The notes under the pieces are model-generated. The model was not told the origin of the DNA. It saw only the letters and a list, made by a program, of their open reading frames with translations, and did not search any database. Positions 1-8,910 of a stretch of DNA of 64,000 nt are shown in pieces. The first letter of the stretch is position 1; every line of letters starts with the position of its first letter. The DNA lies in the NCBI GenBank assembly GCA_012103375.1, contig WLWX01000001.1:2210492-2274491 (forward strand), in the 5' to 3' direction. Made by a program: the position numbers and the translations under genes. This DNA comes from Paracoccaceae bacterium (GTDB taxonomy: Bacteria > Pseudomonadota > Alphaproteobacteria > Rhodobacterales > Rhodobacteraceae).

Positions 1-724
1 AGCGCAGCCTTAGAGCTTCCGTTCCGTGACGTACGCCCGTGTTTGCAAGGAACAAAACATAGTTCCGCAAGGTTTCGCGCGTCGCTGCCGCTTTCTTGTT
101 GTCTGTTTTTTCGTGCCACTTGCGCAGCGCAGTGTAGATCTTCCTATATTCCGCTTCTGTGAAACTGCCTCGACTTTCGCTTTTCACCCCTTTGTTCAAG
201 AGAGTAGGGCGCATAGATTTTACAATCCAACCATTCAGCTCGGCTTCGTCCAACACCCTGTTGAGTGCAGCGTTGTGGTTGTTAATACCGCTTTGTGTGA
301 AGGCTTTTCGATGCGTCTGTGTGCGCCATCCGTCAAATTCTACCAGTGCGCGCAGGTCGATCTTGTCGATATCCGTGTTGCCAAAATATGGGATCAGCCA
401 TCGCTGTAGCGCAGAGATGTAATCTTTGAACGCCTGCTTGCCGTGGCCATCATCTAGTTGGGCCTGCATGCGTTTGATTGCATGTTCAGCGACATGTTTG
501 AATTTGCGAGTTTGAGCCGGGAGTTTGTTGTCTATGCGGGCCTGAGTCTCATAATAGAGTTTGAGCGCGCGTTCCTTGGCTTGCTCAAAGTCTTCGGTTT
601 TAGCGCTGCGTACAATGCGCTTGCCGTTGTCGAGTGTCAGACGTGCATACCAATTTGAACTGTTTTTTCGTTTATCGAGCTTCAGTTTTTTGTGCACAGT
701 TATTGTTTTGACGTCGTAGCTCAT
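1..724 (-). CDS. tyrosine recombinase / phage-type integrase, first 241 codons (3' end runs off the window start)
   Basis: Absent from the ORF track because it is open at the window edge. Manual minus-strand translation from ATG 724 gives MSYDVKTITVHKKLKLDKRKNSSNWYARLTLDNGKRIVRSAKTEDFEQAKERALKLYYE...RNYVLFLANTGVRHGTEALRLR with no stop down to position 1. The ANTG(V)R..E...LRW box fits the first catalytic Arg of tyrosine integrases. Visibly AT-richer than the rest of the window. Starts 163 nt from the 3' end of tRNA-Cys. Confidence 0.75.
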   Translation of the reverse strand, partial: MSYDVKTITVHKKLKLDKRKNSSNWYARLTLDNGKRIVRSAKTEDFEQAKERALKLYYETQARIDNKLPAQTRKFKHVAEHAIKRMQAQLDDGHGKQAFKDYISALQRWLIPYFGNTDIDKIDLRALVEFDGWRTQTHRKAFTQSGINNHNAALNRVLDEAELNGWIVKSMRPTLLNKGVKSESRGSFTEAEYRKIYTALRKWHEKTDNKKAAATRETLRNYVLFLANTGVRHGTEALRLR

Positions 725-886
725 CTTGAGCAAAATCCATAAGTGTCTGTTGCAACAGACATTACTTCAAAATTGCGAAAACATCGACACAAAACTGCAC
801 GCGGACTGTGTACGAATTGTGTACAAAAATGCAGAAACTATATCTTGTGTTTTCTTGTTAAATTATGTGGAAAATACACAAGATAG

Positions 887-960
887 TGGAGGCGAGTATG
901 AGAATCGAACTCATGTACACGGATTTGCAATCCGCTGCGTAACCACTCCGCCAACTCGCC
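887..960 (-). tRNA. tRNA-Cys (anticodon GCA), CCA encoded
   Basis: The reverse complement folds by eye as a cloverleaf: acceptor GGCGAGT/ACTCGCC, anticodon stem GCGGA/TCCGT with loop TTGCAAA, T arm ATGAG-TTCGATT-CTCAT, 3' TCCA. Length 74 nt. Confidence 0.9.
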
Positions 961-1136
961 TCGGGTTGTGGTGGGGGCCTTCTACGGGCGTTTTGTGGTT
1001 GCTGCAAGACCGTGACGGTGGCCGTGGTGAAGGGCGACGGGTTGGGCCGGTGAAGCGGCGATTGATGCGGAATTGACATGCCCTGTGCGGCACTGTCTGC
1101 TGCGGGTCGGGGAATGATTGCGGGGGAGGCGGGGTA

Positions 1137-2597
1137 TTGGCATCCGGGGACGGCATTGTGCCGTACGGTGTTGCGTGTTTCGCGCGGCTGGATGGTTGGC
1201 AGGATCGGCCCTTGCTGGCCAATGGCCCGCGCGCGCTTTCCGCCCAGCAGATCGCCCGGCAAGCGGCATCCATCGCGCAGTATCTGCGTGATGCGGGTGT
1301 TCAAGAAGGCGATGTCGGGCTGATCTGCCTGCGCGATCCCATCGACACGATTCTGGCGTTCCTTGCGCATTGGTATCTTGGGGCCAGCCCGCTGGTGCTG
1401 GATTTTCGCCTGCGCCAGTTCCGTGCCTCGGGTGCACGGATTGCGCTGGTTGATCCGCGCGCGCCGGGCCGCGATCTGATGTCCACGCTCGCGTTTTCAC
1501 CCGATATGCTCCATGGTCCTGCGCCGCGTGACGGGCCGACGATGTCGCGGGTTGCGGCGGCGGCGCCGGCGATGATGCTCGCCTCGTCCGGGACGACCGG
1601 ATCGCCGAAAATCTATGCTGTGGATTTTCACGTGATGAAGGCCTGGGGGGCGGCGCGGGAGGTTGACTTGCCATTGCCACAGGGGCTGGCGCTATGCGCG
1701 CTTCCGCTTCAATATGTGGCGTCGCTGATGCTGGTTTTGCGCAACCTTCTTGAGGGGTTGCCGGTCCGCTTTCACCCCGTTCTGTCGGGCCATTCCGAGA
1801 TTACCGAGGCGCTGCTGCAGCACCCGGTGGTGCATACCGCGCTGCCGCCCAGCGTGATCCGGCGCATGGCCGCAGAGGTCGGGCCGCGCGATGTTCCGTT
1901 GCTAAATCACGTCCAGTCGCTTCGTTCGTCGGGCGGGCCTGCCTTGCCCGATGACAAGATCGCGGCCTTTCACAACCTGTCGAATGGATACAACATGTCC
2001 TTCGGGTCGGGCCTGTCCGGCTTTGTTTCCCTGCTGGCGGGGCAGGATGTGCTGGAGCGGCCCGAAACCTCGGGGCGCATCCATGCCGCAACACCTGTCG
2101 AGATCATTGGCCCCGACGGGCATGCGGTGCCTGCAGGAGAGTCCGGCGCGCTGCGCATCCATACCCGAACGCTCAGCCGGATCGTGGCGTCCGACCAGTC
2201 GACCAGTGAGCTTTTGGGCGATGGCTGGTGCATGACGGGCGACGTTGCGATGGTCGACGGCGACGGTTTTCTGACCATCCTGGGGCGTTCATCCGATATG
2301 ATCCTGCGCGGCGGTGTCAGCATCTCGGCGACCGAACTGGAAGCGGTTATCGCCGCCCTTGATGGTGTGCGAGAGGTTGCGGTGATCGGTGTGGATGACC
2401 CCGACCTTGGGCAAGAGGTTGGCGCGGTCGTGGTGGCACCAGGGCTGGAATTTCAGGCGCTGAGGCGGCATTGCGTTGAGCAGATTTCGCCTGACAAGCG
2501 GCCACGCCGCTTTGCGCTGGTCGACAGCCTGCCTTACAGCGCCAATGGCAAGTTGCTGCGGCGCAATATTGACGCGGCGATCTTTGGTTCGGGTTAG
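1137..2597 (+). CDS. AMP-dependent synthetase/ligase (class I adenylate-forming enzyme)
   Basis: ORF track, 486 aa. AMP-binding core motif LASSGTTGSPK. C-terminal GDGFLTILGRSSDMILRGG and ANGKLLRR are typical of acyl-CoA-synthetase-like enzymes. The TTG start at 1137 is uncertain. Confidence 0.7.
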   Translation: MASGDGIVPYGVACFARLDGWQDRPLLANGPRALSAQQIARQAASIAQYLRDAGVQEGDVGLICLRDPIDTILAFLAHWYLGASPLVLDFRLRQFRASGARIALVDPRAPGRDLMSTLAFSPDMLHGPAPRDGPTMSRVAAAAPAMMLASSGTTGSPKIYAVDFHVMKAWGAAREVDLPLPQGLALCALPLQYVASLMLVLRNLLEGLPVRFHPVLSGHSEITEALLQHPVVHTALPPSVIRRMAAEVGPRDVPLLNHVQSLRSSGGPALPDDKIAAFHNLSNGYNMSFGSGLSGFVSLLAGQDVLERPETSGRIHAATPVEIIGPDGHAVPAGESGALRIHTRTLSRIVASDQSTSELLGDGWCMTGDVAMVDGDGFLTILGRSSDMILRGGVSISATELEAVIAALDGVREVAVIGVDDPDLGQEVGAVVVAPGLEFQALRRHCVEQISPDKRPRRFALVDSLPYSANGKLLRRNIDAAIFGSG

Positions 2598-2843
2598 GCC
2601 TCATTGGTCCGGTATCCCGATTTCGACAGATTTTGTGTCGGGCAAGGTTAGTCGCAGAGGGCGCACCCCACTATAGCGTCAGCCAGAACACCGGACTCGC
2701 TTTCGATATGTCCTACGCTTGGCCAAGGGCGCACGTTCGCGCCGCGTATCCCGCGCCGGAAACGTCAGAGTTTTCCCATCCACCTCTGGACGCGGTCACA
2801 CCATCGGTTAGCATCCGCGCGACACCATCAAAGGACCCCGAGT

Positions 2844-3522
2844 ATGAAACGAACCCGGATCAACGACATCATGGCCGCCGCGGACGAGATGATCCGCCAC
2901 TACGGCTTTGTCCTTCCGCCCTTCGCCTATTGGTCCCCGGATGAGTTCCGCGCGCGCCGATAAGGACCGGATCTTCGCGTCCCGCATGGGCTGGGACATC
3001 ACCGACTATGGTGAGGGGCGCTTTGACCAGCTGGGGCTGTTCCTGTTCACGCTCAGAAACGGTGATCTGGCCGACCTGCAGCGCGGCGGCGGCATGTGTT
3101 ACGCCGAAAAGCTGCTGATCAGCCGCCAGGATCAGCTGAGCCCGATGCACACCCATGTGATCAAGGCCGAAGACATCATCAACCGGGGCGGGGCGACGCT
3201 GGCGATCCAGTTGTTCGGGTCCAACGACGATGGCAGCTGTTCCGACGACCGCGGCGGGCGGGTGATCTGCGACGGCATCCCGCGCGATTACGGTCCCGGA
3301 GAAGTGCTGAAATTCGCCCCCGGCGAAAGTGTCACCCTGATGCCCGGCGACTGGCACGCTTTCTGGGGTGAGGGTGGCGATGTGTTGATCGGAGAGGTTT
3401 CCACCGTCAACGACGACGTCACCGACAACCTCTTCCGCGAACCCATCGGCCGCTTTTCACAAATCGACGAAGACGTGGCCCCGACGCATCTGCTGGTCAG
3501 CGATTACGACCGCTGGCTGTGA
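2844..3522 (+). pseudogene. D-lyxose/D-mannose family sugar isomerase (cupin), apparent +1 frameshift
   Basis: Frame 1 (2844-2963) encodes MKRTRINDIMAAADEMIRHYGFVLPPFAYWSPDEFRARR*. The ORF-track frame 2908-3522 continues ...DKDRIFASRMGWDITDYGEGRFDQLGLFLFTLRNG...YAEKLLISRQDQLSPMHTHVIKAEDIINRGG...VNDDVTDNLF. Together the two frames cover the family end to end. The frame switch falls in the cgcgcgcgcc run at about 2949-2960. Confidence 0.7.
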
Positions 3523-4397
3523 TCCGGGCAACTGTTCAGCTGATCGGTGTGGCGCTGGTCTGTGCGCCGCTGGTCTGTGCGCCGCCGCTGCATGCGTCCG
3601 AAGGGCCGTGCGACAATCGCCATTTCTGTACCGTGGTCGAGGATGACGCCAGCGGAGCGCGTCTGGTGGGCGAGAATTTGAACCCGGTTGCGCCGGTGAC
3701 CGTCAAGCTTTGGCCCCAGGCGCAGGGGGATGACCTGCGCAAAGACCGCCGCGACCACGCCTTGCCGACCGTGGTGATTGATGCCGGAACGCGCAAAGTG
3801 CTGATGCCGCTCAGGCGTGATGCCGACGGTGTGGTCGAAGATCTGCCGCAGGTCGACTGGACCTTCGGCGACTATCGCGCCACGCCCGACCCGGACAAGC
3901 CGCACCTGCTGCCATGGCCCCAGAACGTGCTCTTTGGCAAGCTGCGCTATTTCGTTTCGCAAGGCTGTGATGAGGCGTTCAGCCATAACGGCAACCGCGC
4001 CAACGCCACTGATTTTTCGATGCCCGAAGGCGCGCGTATCGCCGCCGCACGTGGTGGCGTGGTGTTAGAGGTAGAGGAGCATTTCGACAAGGGCGGCGAG
4101 GATGAGGCGCTGGTGGACGCGGCAAATGTGGTTCAGATCCTGCACGAAGACGGCTCAATCAGTATGTATGCGCATTTGCAAAAAGACGGTGCGCTGGTGG
4201 ATGAAGGTGACCACGTGATCGCTGGCGATGTGATCGGGCTTGCCGGAAACACCGGATTCTCGACCGGTCCGCATCTGCATTTCGAACGCTATATCGCGGG
4301 CGAAGACGGTTTCATCCTGTCGCTACCCACCCGGTTCCGCCATTGGGGAGGGGAGGTTTCCTGCCCCAAGACCGGGTCGAGCCTGGGCGCGAAATAG
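3519..4397 (+). CDS. M23 (LytM-type) family metallopeptidase, secreted
   Basis: ORF track, 292 aa. Hydrophobic N-terminal signal-like segment. C-terminal LAGNTGFSTGPHLHFE and ATDFSMPEG signatures. The GTG start overlaps the upstream stop (GTGA). Confidence 0.8.
   Translation: MIRATVQLIGVALVCAPLVCAPPLHASEGPCDNRHFCTVVEDDASGARLVGENLNPVAPVTVKLWPQAQGDDLRKDRRDHALPTVVIDAGTRKVLMPLRRDADGVVEDLPQVDWTFGDYRATPDPDKPHLLPWPQNVLFGKLRYFVSQGCDEAFSHNGNRANATDFSMPEGARIAAARGGVVLEVEEHFDKGGEDEALVDAANVVQILHEDGSISMYAHLQKDGALVDEGDHVIAGDVIGLAGNTGFSTGPHLHFERYIAGEDGFILSLPTRFRHWGGEVSCPKTGSSLGAK
3554..3583 (+). repeat. perfect 15-bp tandem duplication (gctggtctgtgcgcc x2) inside the M23 signal peptide
   Basis: Read directly from the sequence. 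It encodes LVCAP-LVCAP and is in frame. Confidence 0.9.
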
Positions 4398-4573
4398 CGC
4401 GGTCGGGACAATTCGGCGCGCGCCGTCGCCGGGGTTGCCCGTGGTGCCAACAGAAAATTTCGTTACCGGGCCTGACCCTCTGGCAATGGACGCCCGGATT
4501 CTGATACACGGGGCTAACGACGCTGATGGCGCGACGCCCAAGGCGGCTGCGAGACGGAAAGAAGGTTGCAGGC

Positions 4574-5785
4574 ATGATGGACGGCAATTTCGATGACGCG
4601 CTGACCGGCGAACAGAAAATCCGCAACTTCAACATCAACTTCGGCCCGCAACACCCTGCGGCGCATGGGGTTTTGCGTCTGGTGCTGGAGCTGGACGGAG
4701 AGATTGTCGAACGCTGCGACCCCCACATCGGCCTGCTGCACCGTGGCACCGAAAAGCTGATGGAATCGCGGACCTATTTGCAGAACCTGCCGTATTTCGA
4801 CCGGTTGGATTACGTCGCGCCGATGAATCAGGAACATGCCTGGTGTCTGGCCATCGAAAAACTGACCGGAACGCCGGTGCCGCGCCGGGCCAGCTTGATC
4901 CGGGTGCTTTATTCCGAAATTGGCCGTATTCTCAATCACTTGCTGAACGTGACGACCCAGGCGATGGACGTCGGCGCGTTGACACCGCCGCTGTGGGGGT
5001 TCGAGGAGCGCGAAAAACTGATGGTGTTCTATGAACGTGCCTGCGGGGCGCGGCTTCACGCCGCCTATTTCCGCCCCGGCGGCGTGCATCAGGACCTGCC
5101 GCCCGAGCTGATCGACGATATCGAGGCTTGGGGCAAAGAGTTCCCTAAGGCGCTGAATGACATCGACGGGCTGCTGACCGAAAACCGGATATTCAAACAG
5201 CGCAACTGCGACATCGGCGTGGTGAGCGAGCAGGAGATCCTCGACTGGGGCTTCTCAGGCGTGATGGTGCGCGGATCGGGCCTGGCCTGGGATCTGCGGC
5301 GCAGCCAGCCGTATGAGCTTTATGACGAATTCGAATTTCAGATCCCGGTGGGCAAGAACGGCGATTGTTATGATCGCTATCTGTGCCGCATGGCCGAGAT
5401 GCGGGAAAGCCTGAAGATCATCCAGCAGACCATTGATAAACTGCGCGATTGTCCGGGGCCGGTGATGACCCGTGGCAAGATTTCCCCGCCTGATCGGGGC
5501 GAAATGAAAACCTCGATGGAGGCGCTGATCCATCACTTCAAGCTTTACACCGAAGGCTTCCACGTCCCGGCCGGCGAGGTGTATGCCGCCGTCGAAGCCC
5601 CGAAGGGCGAATTCGGCGTCTATCTGGTCGCCGACGGCACCAACAAACCCTACCGCGCCAAACTCCGCGCGCCGGGGTTCCTGCACCTGCAGGCGATGGA
5701 TCACGTCGCGACCGGGCATCAGCTGGCGGATGTGAGCGCGATTATCGGGACGATGGATATCGTGTTCGGAGAAGTGGATCGGTGA
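4574..5785 (+). CDS. nuoD: NADH-quinone oxidoreductase subunit D (49-kDa subunit)
   Basis: ORF 4526-5785 trimmed to ATG 4574 ([36 protein letters not shown]...), preceded by GGAAAGAAGG. Full length, ending [14 protein letters not shown]. Confidence 0.95.
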   Translation: MMDGNFDDALTGEQKIRNFNINFGPQHPAAHGVLRLVLELDGEIVERCDPHIGLLHRGTEKLMESRTYLQNLPYFDRLDYVAPMNQEHAWCLAIEKLTGTPVPRRASLIRVLYSEIGRILNHLLNVTTQAMDVGALTPPLWGFEEREKLMVFYERACGARLHAAYFRPGGVHQDLPPELIDDIEAWGKEFPKALNDIDGLLTENRIFKQRNCDIGVVSEQEILDWGFSGVMVRGSGLAWDLRRSQPYELYDEFEFQIPVGKNGDCYDRYLCRMAEMRESLKIIQQTIDKLRDCPGPVMTRGKISPPDRGEMKTSMEALIHHFKLYTEGFHVPAGEVYAAVEAPKGEFGVYLVADGTNKPYRAKLRAPGFLHLQAMDHVATGHQLADVSAIIGTMDIVFGEVDR

Positions 5786-6237
5786 GCAGGCTGCGGATTG
5801 GCCTACTGTTTCTCATCCTCGCCGTAGGCGCTTTGATCGCGACCCCATTTATGCGCGGGACAACCACGCTCTATGAGGTTTCAGTCACCTGTAACATCTC
5901 CATGGAAGCGCTTGACCAACCTAGTGCTGCACTTACCCACGAAAATTCTGTATGTTTCACGAAAGAGTTGGCGGATGAATGGCGCTACATTATTGGTGAA
6001 TACGGCTGGTTCAGCGGCACAACCGTTATCTCGGATTCATTTCGGCCGGACGATCTGTTCGTGGCCATCGCAAATAGCCAAACACGCCTGAGTCCTGGTT
6101 ATGCGCGTTTTTGCAGTGAGATGATTCAGTCTGCTTTGGCAAATCAATCCGCTGAACTTGTTAATATTGCAAGATTGGACCCGCGTGGTGCGGCTTCATT
6201 GACGTGCCCATCCGAGGAGTCCAAAGGTGCCACGTAG
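5782..6237 (+). CDS. hypothetical membrane-anchored/secreted protein (URF between nuoD and nuoE)
   Basis: ORF track, 151 aa. GTG start overlaps the nuoD stop (GTGA). N-terminal hydrophobic segment [16 protein letters not shown]. Visibly lower GC than its neighbours. No family recognised. Confidence 0.5.
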   Translation: MSRLRIGLLFLILAVGALIATPFMRGTTTLYEVSVTCNISMEALDQPSAALTHENSVCFTKELADEWRYIIGEYGWFSGTTVISDSFRPDDLFVAIANSQTRLSPGYARFCSEMIQSALANQSAELVNIARLDPRGAASLTCPSEESKGAT

Positions 6238-6399
6238 CCATGTCTCAGATCAGCTTGATGACTTAATATTCGTTCGCTCCCAATTGGTACTTCGTCGAGA
6301 CGCGGGTAACTTTGTTGCTAACAGCCTGTCGGGCCAACACAATCCTAGGGACCTCGGGTATCTTCCACCGAGCACCGTTTCGATTGCTGTATTGACGGC

Positions 6400-6753
6400 A
6401 TGACCCTCCTCGTCACCCTCTGCGGGATCGTCACGATCCTGATCCTCGGCTACATGGCTTTCTTGTTCTGGCGCGACCCAGAGGACGGGTTGGCGCAGAC
6501 CACTCATCGGGTTGAATTGCTGCCCCGCGTGATGGCCGACCGATACACGGCCTTCGCGATCCTCGCGGTGGTTCTGACGCTTTACGGCAACCTCTGGCTT
6601 ATGGCGGCGCTGTTTGGTGTTTGCGCCTTCATGGGATTTGCGGATGGTCTGATCTACAAGCGGGCCGGGGTGGCGCATATGAAGCACACCGCCTCGGGCA
6701 TCTTGTCGGCGGGGGCTTTGGGGGTCACATTGATCGCGATTGCGCTGGGTTGA
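6400..6753 (+). CDS. small multi-pass membrane protein (URF in nuo cluster)
   Basis: ORF track, 117 aa with about four hydrophobic segments. Same strand as the nuo genes, in the nuoD-nuoE gap. Confidence 0.55.
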   Translation: MTLLVTLCGIVTILILGYMAFLFWRDPEDGLAQTTHRVELLPRVMADRYTAFAILAVVLTLYGNLWLMAALFGVCAFMGFADGLIYKRAGVAHMKHTASGILSAGALGVTLIAIALG

Positions 6754-6834
6754 GGCGCCGCAGATGTTGACACCGCCGCCGCTAGGGGCGACACGGATTA
6801 TCAACAAGAAAGACACGCTTTCCGGAGCCCGCCC

Positions 6835-7998
6835 ATGCTGCGCCGCCTTGCTGCTGAACAACCTGCTGCCTTTGCCTTCACGCCTGCGAACCAGAAATGG
6901 GCCGAAGCGCAGATCACCAAGTTTCCCGAAGGCCGCCAGGCCAGCGCGATCATCCCGCTTTTCTGGCGCGCGCAGGAGCAGGAGGGCTGGCTGTCCCGTC
7001 CGGCGATCGAGCATATCTCGGACATGCTGGGGTTGGCCCATATCCGGGGGCTGGAGGTTGCAACCTTTTACTTCATGTTCCAGCTGCATCTGGTTGGTTC
7101 TGTGGCAAATATCCAGATTTGCGGCACAACCTCGTGCATGATCTGCGGGGCCGAGGATCTGGTCGCCGTCTGTCAGGACAAGATTGCCGCCAAGCCGCAT
7201 ACATTGTCGGCGGATGGCAAGTTTTCCTGGGAAGAGGTTGAGTGTCTGGGCGCCTGCGCAAATGCGCCGATGGCGCAGATCGGCAAGGATTATTACGAAG
7301 ACCTGACCGCCGCCCGGTTGGGAGAGATCATTGACGAACTCGGCGCCGGGAAGGTTCCCGTTCCGGGACCGCAAAACGGGCGCTATGCGGCGGAACCCCT
7401 GTCGGGGCTGACCAGCCTGAAGGATCACGCGGCAGGTCGGGCGCAATATAACGCCTCGGTCCAGCGGGCGGTGGATCTGGGCGAAACGGTCAAGCGCATT
7501 GACGGAACCGAAGAACCGTTCCGCGCGCCCTGGCAGGGTGGGGCAGAACAGAAAACGCCAAAACACGCCGCGCGTGAACGTGGCGAGGGCGTGACCCGGG
7601 CCGAAGCGGATACCCTGGAAACCGCAAGGCCAACCGAAGGCAACGTCGCACCAGCACCCAAGACCAGTGCCGCGCGCCCGAAACCGACACCGGCCAGCGC
7701 GCCGCAGGCAAGCGCGTCCTCACCCGGGACAAAGCCTGAGATGCTCAGCGAATCGCGCGGTGGAGACGCCGATAACCTCAAACATATCAAAGGGGTCGGA
7801 CCGAAACTTGAAGCGTTGCTTCATCGCCTCGGCGTGTTCCATTTCGACCAGATCGCCGGTTGGTCGGCAGACGAAGTCGCCTGGGTGGATGACAACCTGG
7901 AAGGGTTCAAGGGCCGGGTTGAACGCGACAATTGGGTCTCACAGGCGAAAATCCTTGCCGATGGAGGCGAGACAGAATTCTCCGCACGCGCTAAGTAA
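6835..7998 (+). CDS. nuoE: NADH-quinone oxidoreductase subunit E with long C-terminal extension
   Basis: ORF track, 387 aa. 2Fe-2S cysteines [15 protein letters not shown] ... [12 protein letters not shown]. Followed by an Ala/Pro-rich linker and a terminal IKGVGPK...FHFDQIAGW...[14 protein letters not shown] domain. Confidence 0.9.
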   Translation: MLRRLAAEQPAAFAFTPANQKWAEAQITKFPEGRQASAIIPLFWRAQEQEGWLSRPAIEHISDMLGLAHIRGLEVATFYFMFQLHLVGSVANIQICGTTSCMICGAEDLVAVCQDKIAAKPHTLSADGKFSWEEVECLGACANAPMAQIGKDYYEDLTAARLGEIIDELGAGKVPVPGPQNGRYAAEPLSGLTSLKDHAAGRAQYNASVQRAVDLGETVKRIDGTEEPFRAPWQGGAEQKTPKHAARERGEGVTRAEADTLETARPTEGNVAPAPKTSAARPKPTPASAPQASASSPGTKPEMLSESRGGDADNLKHIKGVGPKLEALLHRLGVFHFDQIAGWSADEVAWVDDNLEGFKGRVERDNWVSQAKILADGGETEFSARAK

Positions 7999-8064
7999 GG
8001 GTGCTAAGGTATCACCCGGGCGTCTGAATTTCGGATACCTGACAGGGAGAGGACGGAGTTCAAC

Positions 8065-8673
8065 ATGGAAGATGAGAATACCCGCAGATTGGTAATCCCG
8101 GTTGGTGTAGGCATCGTGGTGTTTCTGCTGCTTTGGCTGCTTGGAATATTTGGGTTCTGGGGATCGCTGGCGATCGGTGCGCTGGTCGCATTGCTGATCC
8201 TGGCCTATCAGCGCTTCAGCGCGGCCGATGACGCTGGCGGAATGGGCGCAAGTTCCGGTGGCGCGATGACGCCGCAGTCCGAAGCCCCGCCCACAAGCGC
8301 CGCACCCAAGCCATCCGAACCGACCGAGCCGAACCCGGCCCCCGCACCGCCGCCCAAACCCGAGGCCCCTGCGCCCGAGCCCAAGCCAATGCCAGAACCC
8401 GATCCCGCGCCCGCCGCCCCGTCGTCTGGTGAGGCGGATCGCCCTGCGGCGCTGAGCGAGGCCCGCGCTGGCGGTGCCGACGATCTGACCAAGATCAAGG
8501 GTGTCGGTCCGAAGATGAACGCGATGCTGAACGGCATGGGGTTCTATCACTTCGACCAGATCGCCGCCTGGACCGAAAAGGAAGTCGCCTGGGTGGATGA
8601 TAACCTGGCAGGGTTCAAAGGCCGCGTCTCCCGTGACAAATGGGTCGAACAGGCCCGCGAACTGGCCAAGTAA
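8065..8673 (+). CDS. membrane protein with Pro-rich linker and a NuoE-C-terminal-like domain
   Basis: ORF track, 202 aa. RBS GGGAGAGGACGGAG. Two N-terminal TM segments. The C-terminal ~65 aa ([59 protein letters not shown]) closely parallel the NuoE tail. Confidence 0.65.
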   Translation: MEDENTRRLVIPVGVGIVVFLLLWLLGIFGFWGSLAIGALVALLILAYQRFSAADDAGGMGASSGGAMTPQSEAPPTSAAPKPSEPTEPNPAPAPPPKPEAPAPEPKPMPEPDPAPAAPSSGEADRPAALSEARAGGADDLTKIKGVGPKMNAMLNGMGFYHFDQIAAWTEKEVAWVDDNLAGFKGRVSRDKWVEQARELAK

Positions 8674-8676
8674 GTC

Positions 8677-8898
8677 TTGGCCGATGATCGCCAGCTTGCG
8701 ACTGCCCGGCGGGCGCGCACGGTAAGTCTGGTGATTGCCGGCACGATGCTGCTATGGCTTGCAGCACAGTGGATCGGCCCGGCGGCAGGGATGCCGGGGC
8801 GGTTCGCATTTCTGATCGACCTGGCGGCGCTGGCCGCGTTTAGCTGGGCGATAGTGAACATCTATTGGATCTGGCGGGAACGTCAGAAGGACAGCTGA
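8677..8898 (+). CDS. small two-TM membrane protein (DUF5337-like position between nuoE and nuoF)
   Basis: ORF track, 73 aa with a TTG start and two hydrophobic segments. The family name is from memory of Rhodobacterales nuo annotations and is unverified. Confidence 0.5.
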   Translation: MADDRQLATARRARTVSLVIAGTMLLWLAAQWIGPAAGMPGRFAFLIDLAALAAFSWAIVNIYWIWRERQKDS

Positions 8899-8910
8899 AA
8901 GTTAACGGCA

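Noticed and set aside
982-1680. 232-aa minus-strand ORF overlapping the ligase 5' end, plus other ORFs (726-1076, 858-1370) that overlap tRNA-Cys
   Set aside because: They are Pro/Arg/Ala-rich and overlap either a confidently folded tRNA or a motif-bearing plus-strand gene.
6250-7566. 438-aa minus-strand ORF across the URF/nuoE region
   Set aside because: It is antisense to nuoE (Fe-S motifs present on the plus strand) and has Arg/Pro/Gly-rich composition. It is a GC-driven open frame.
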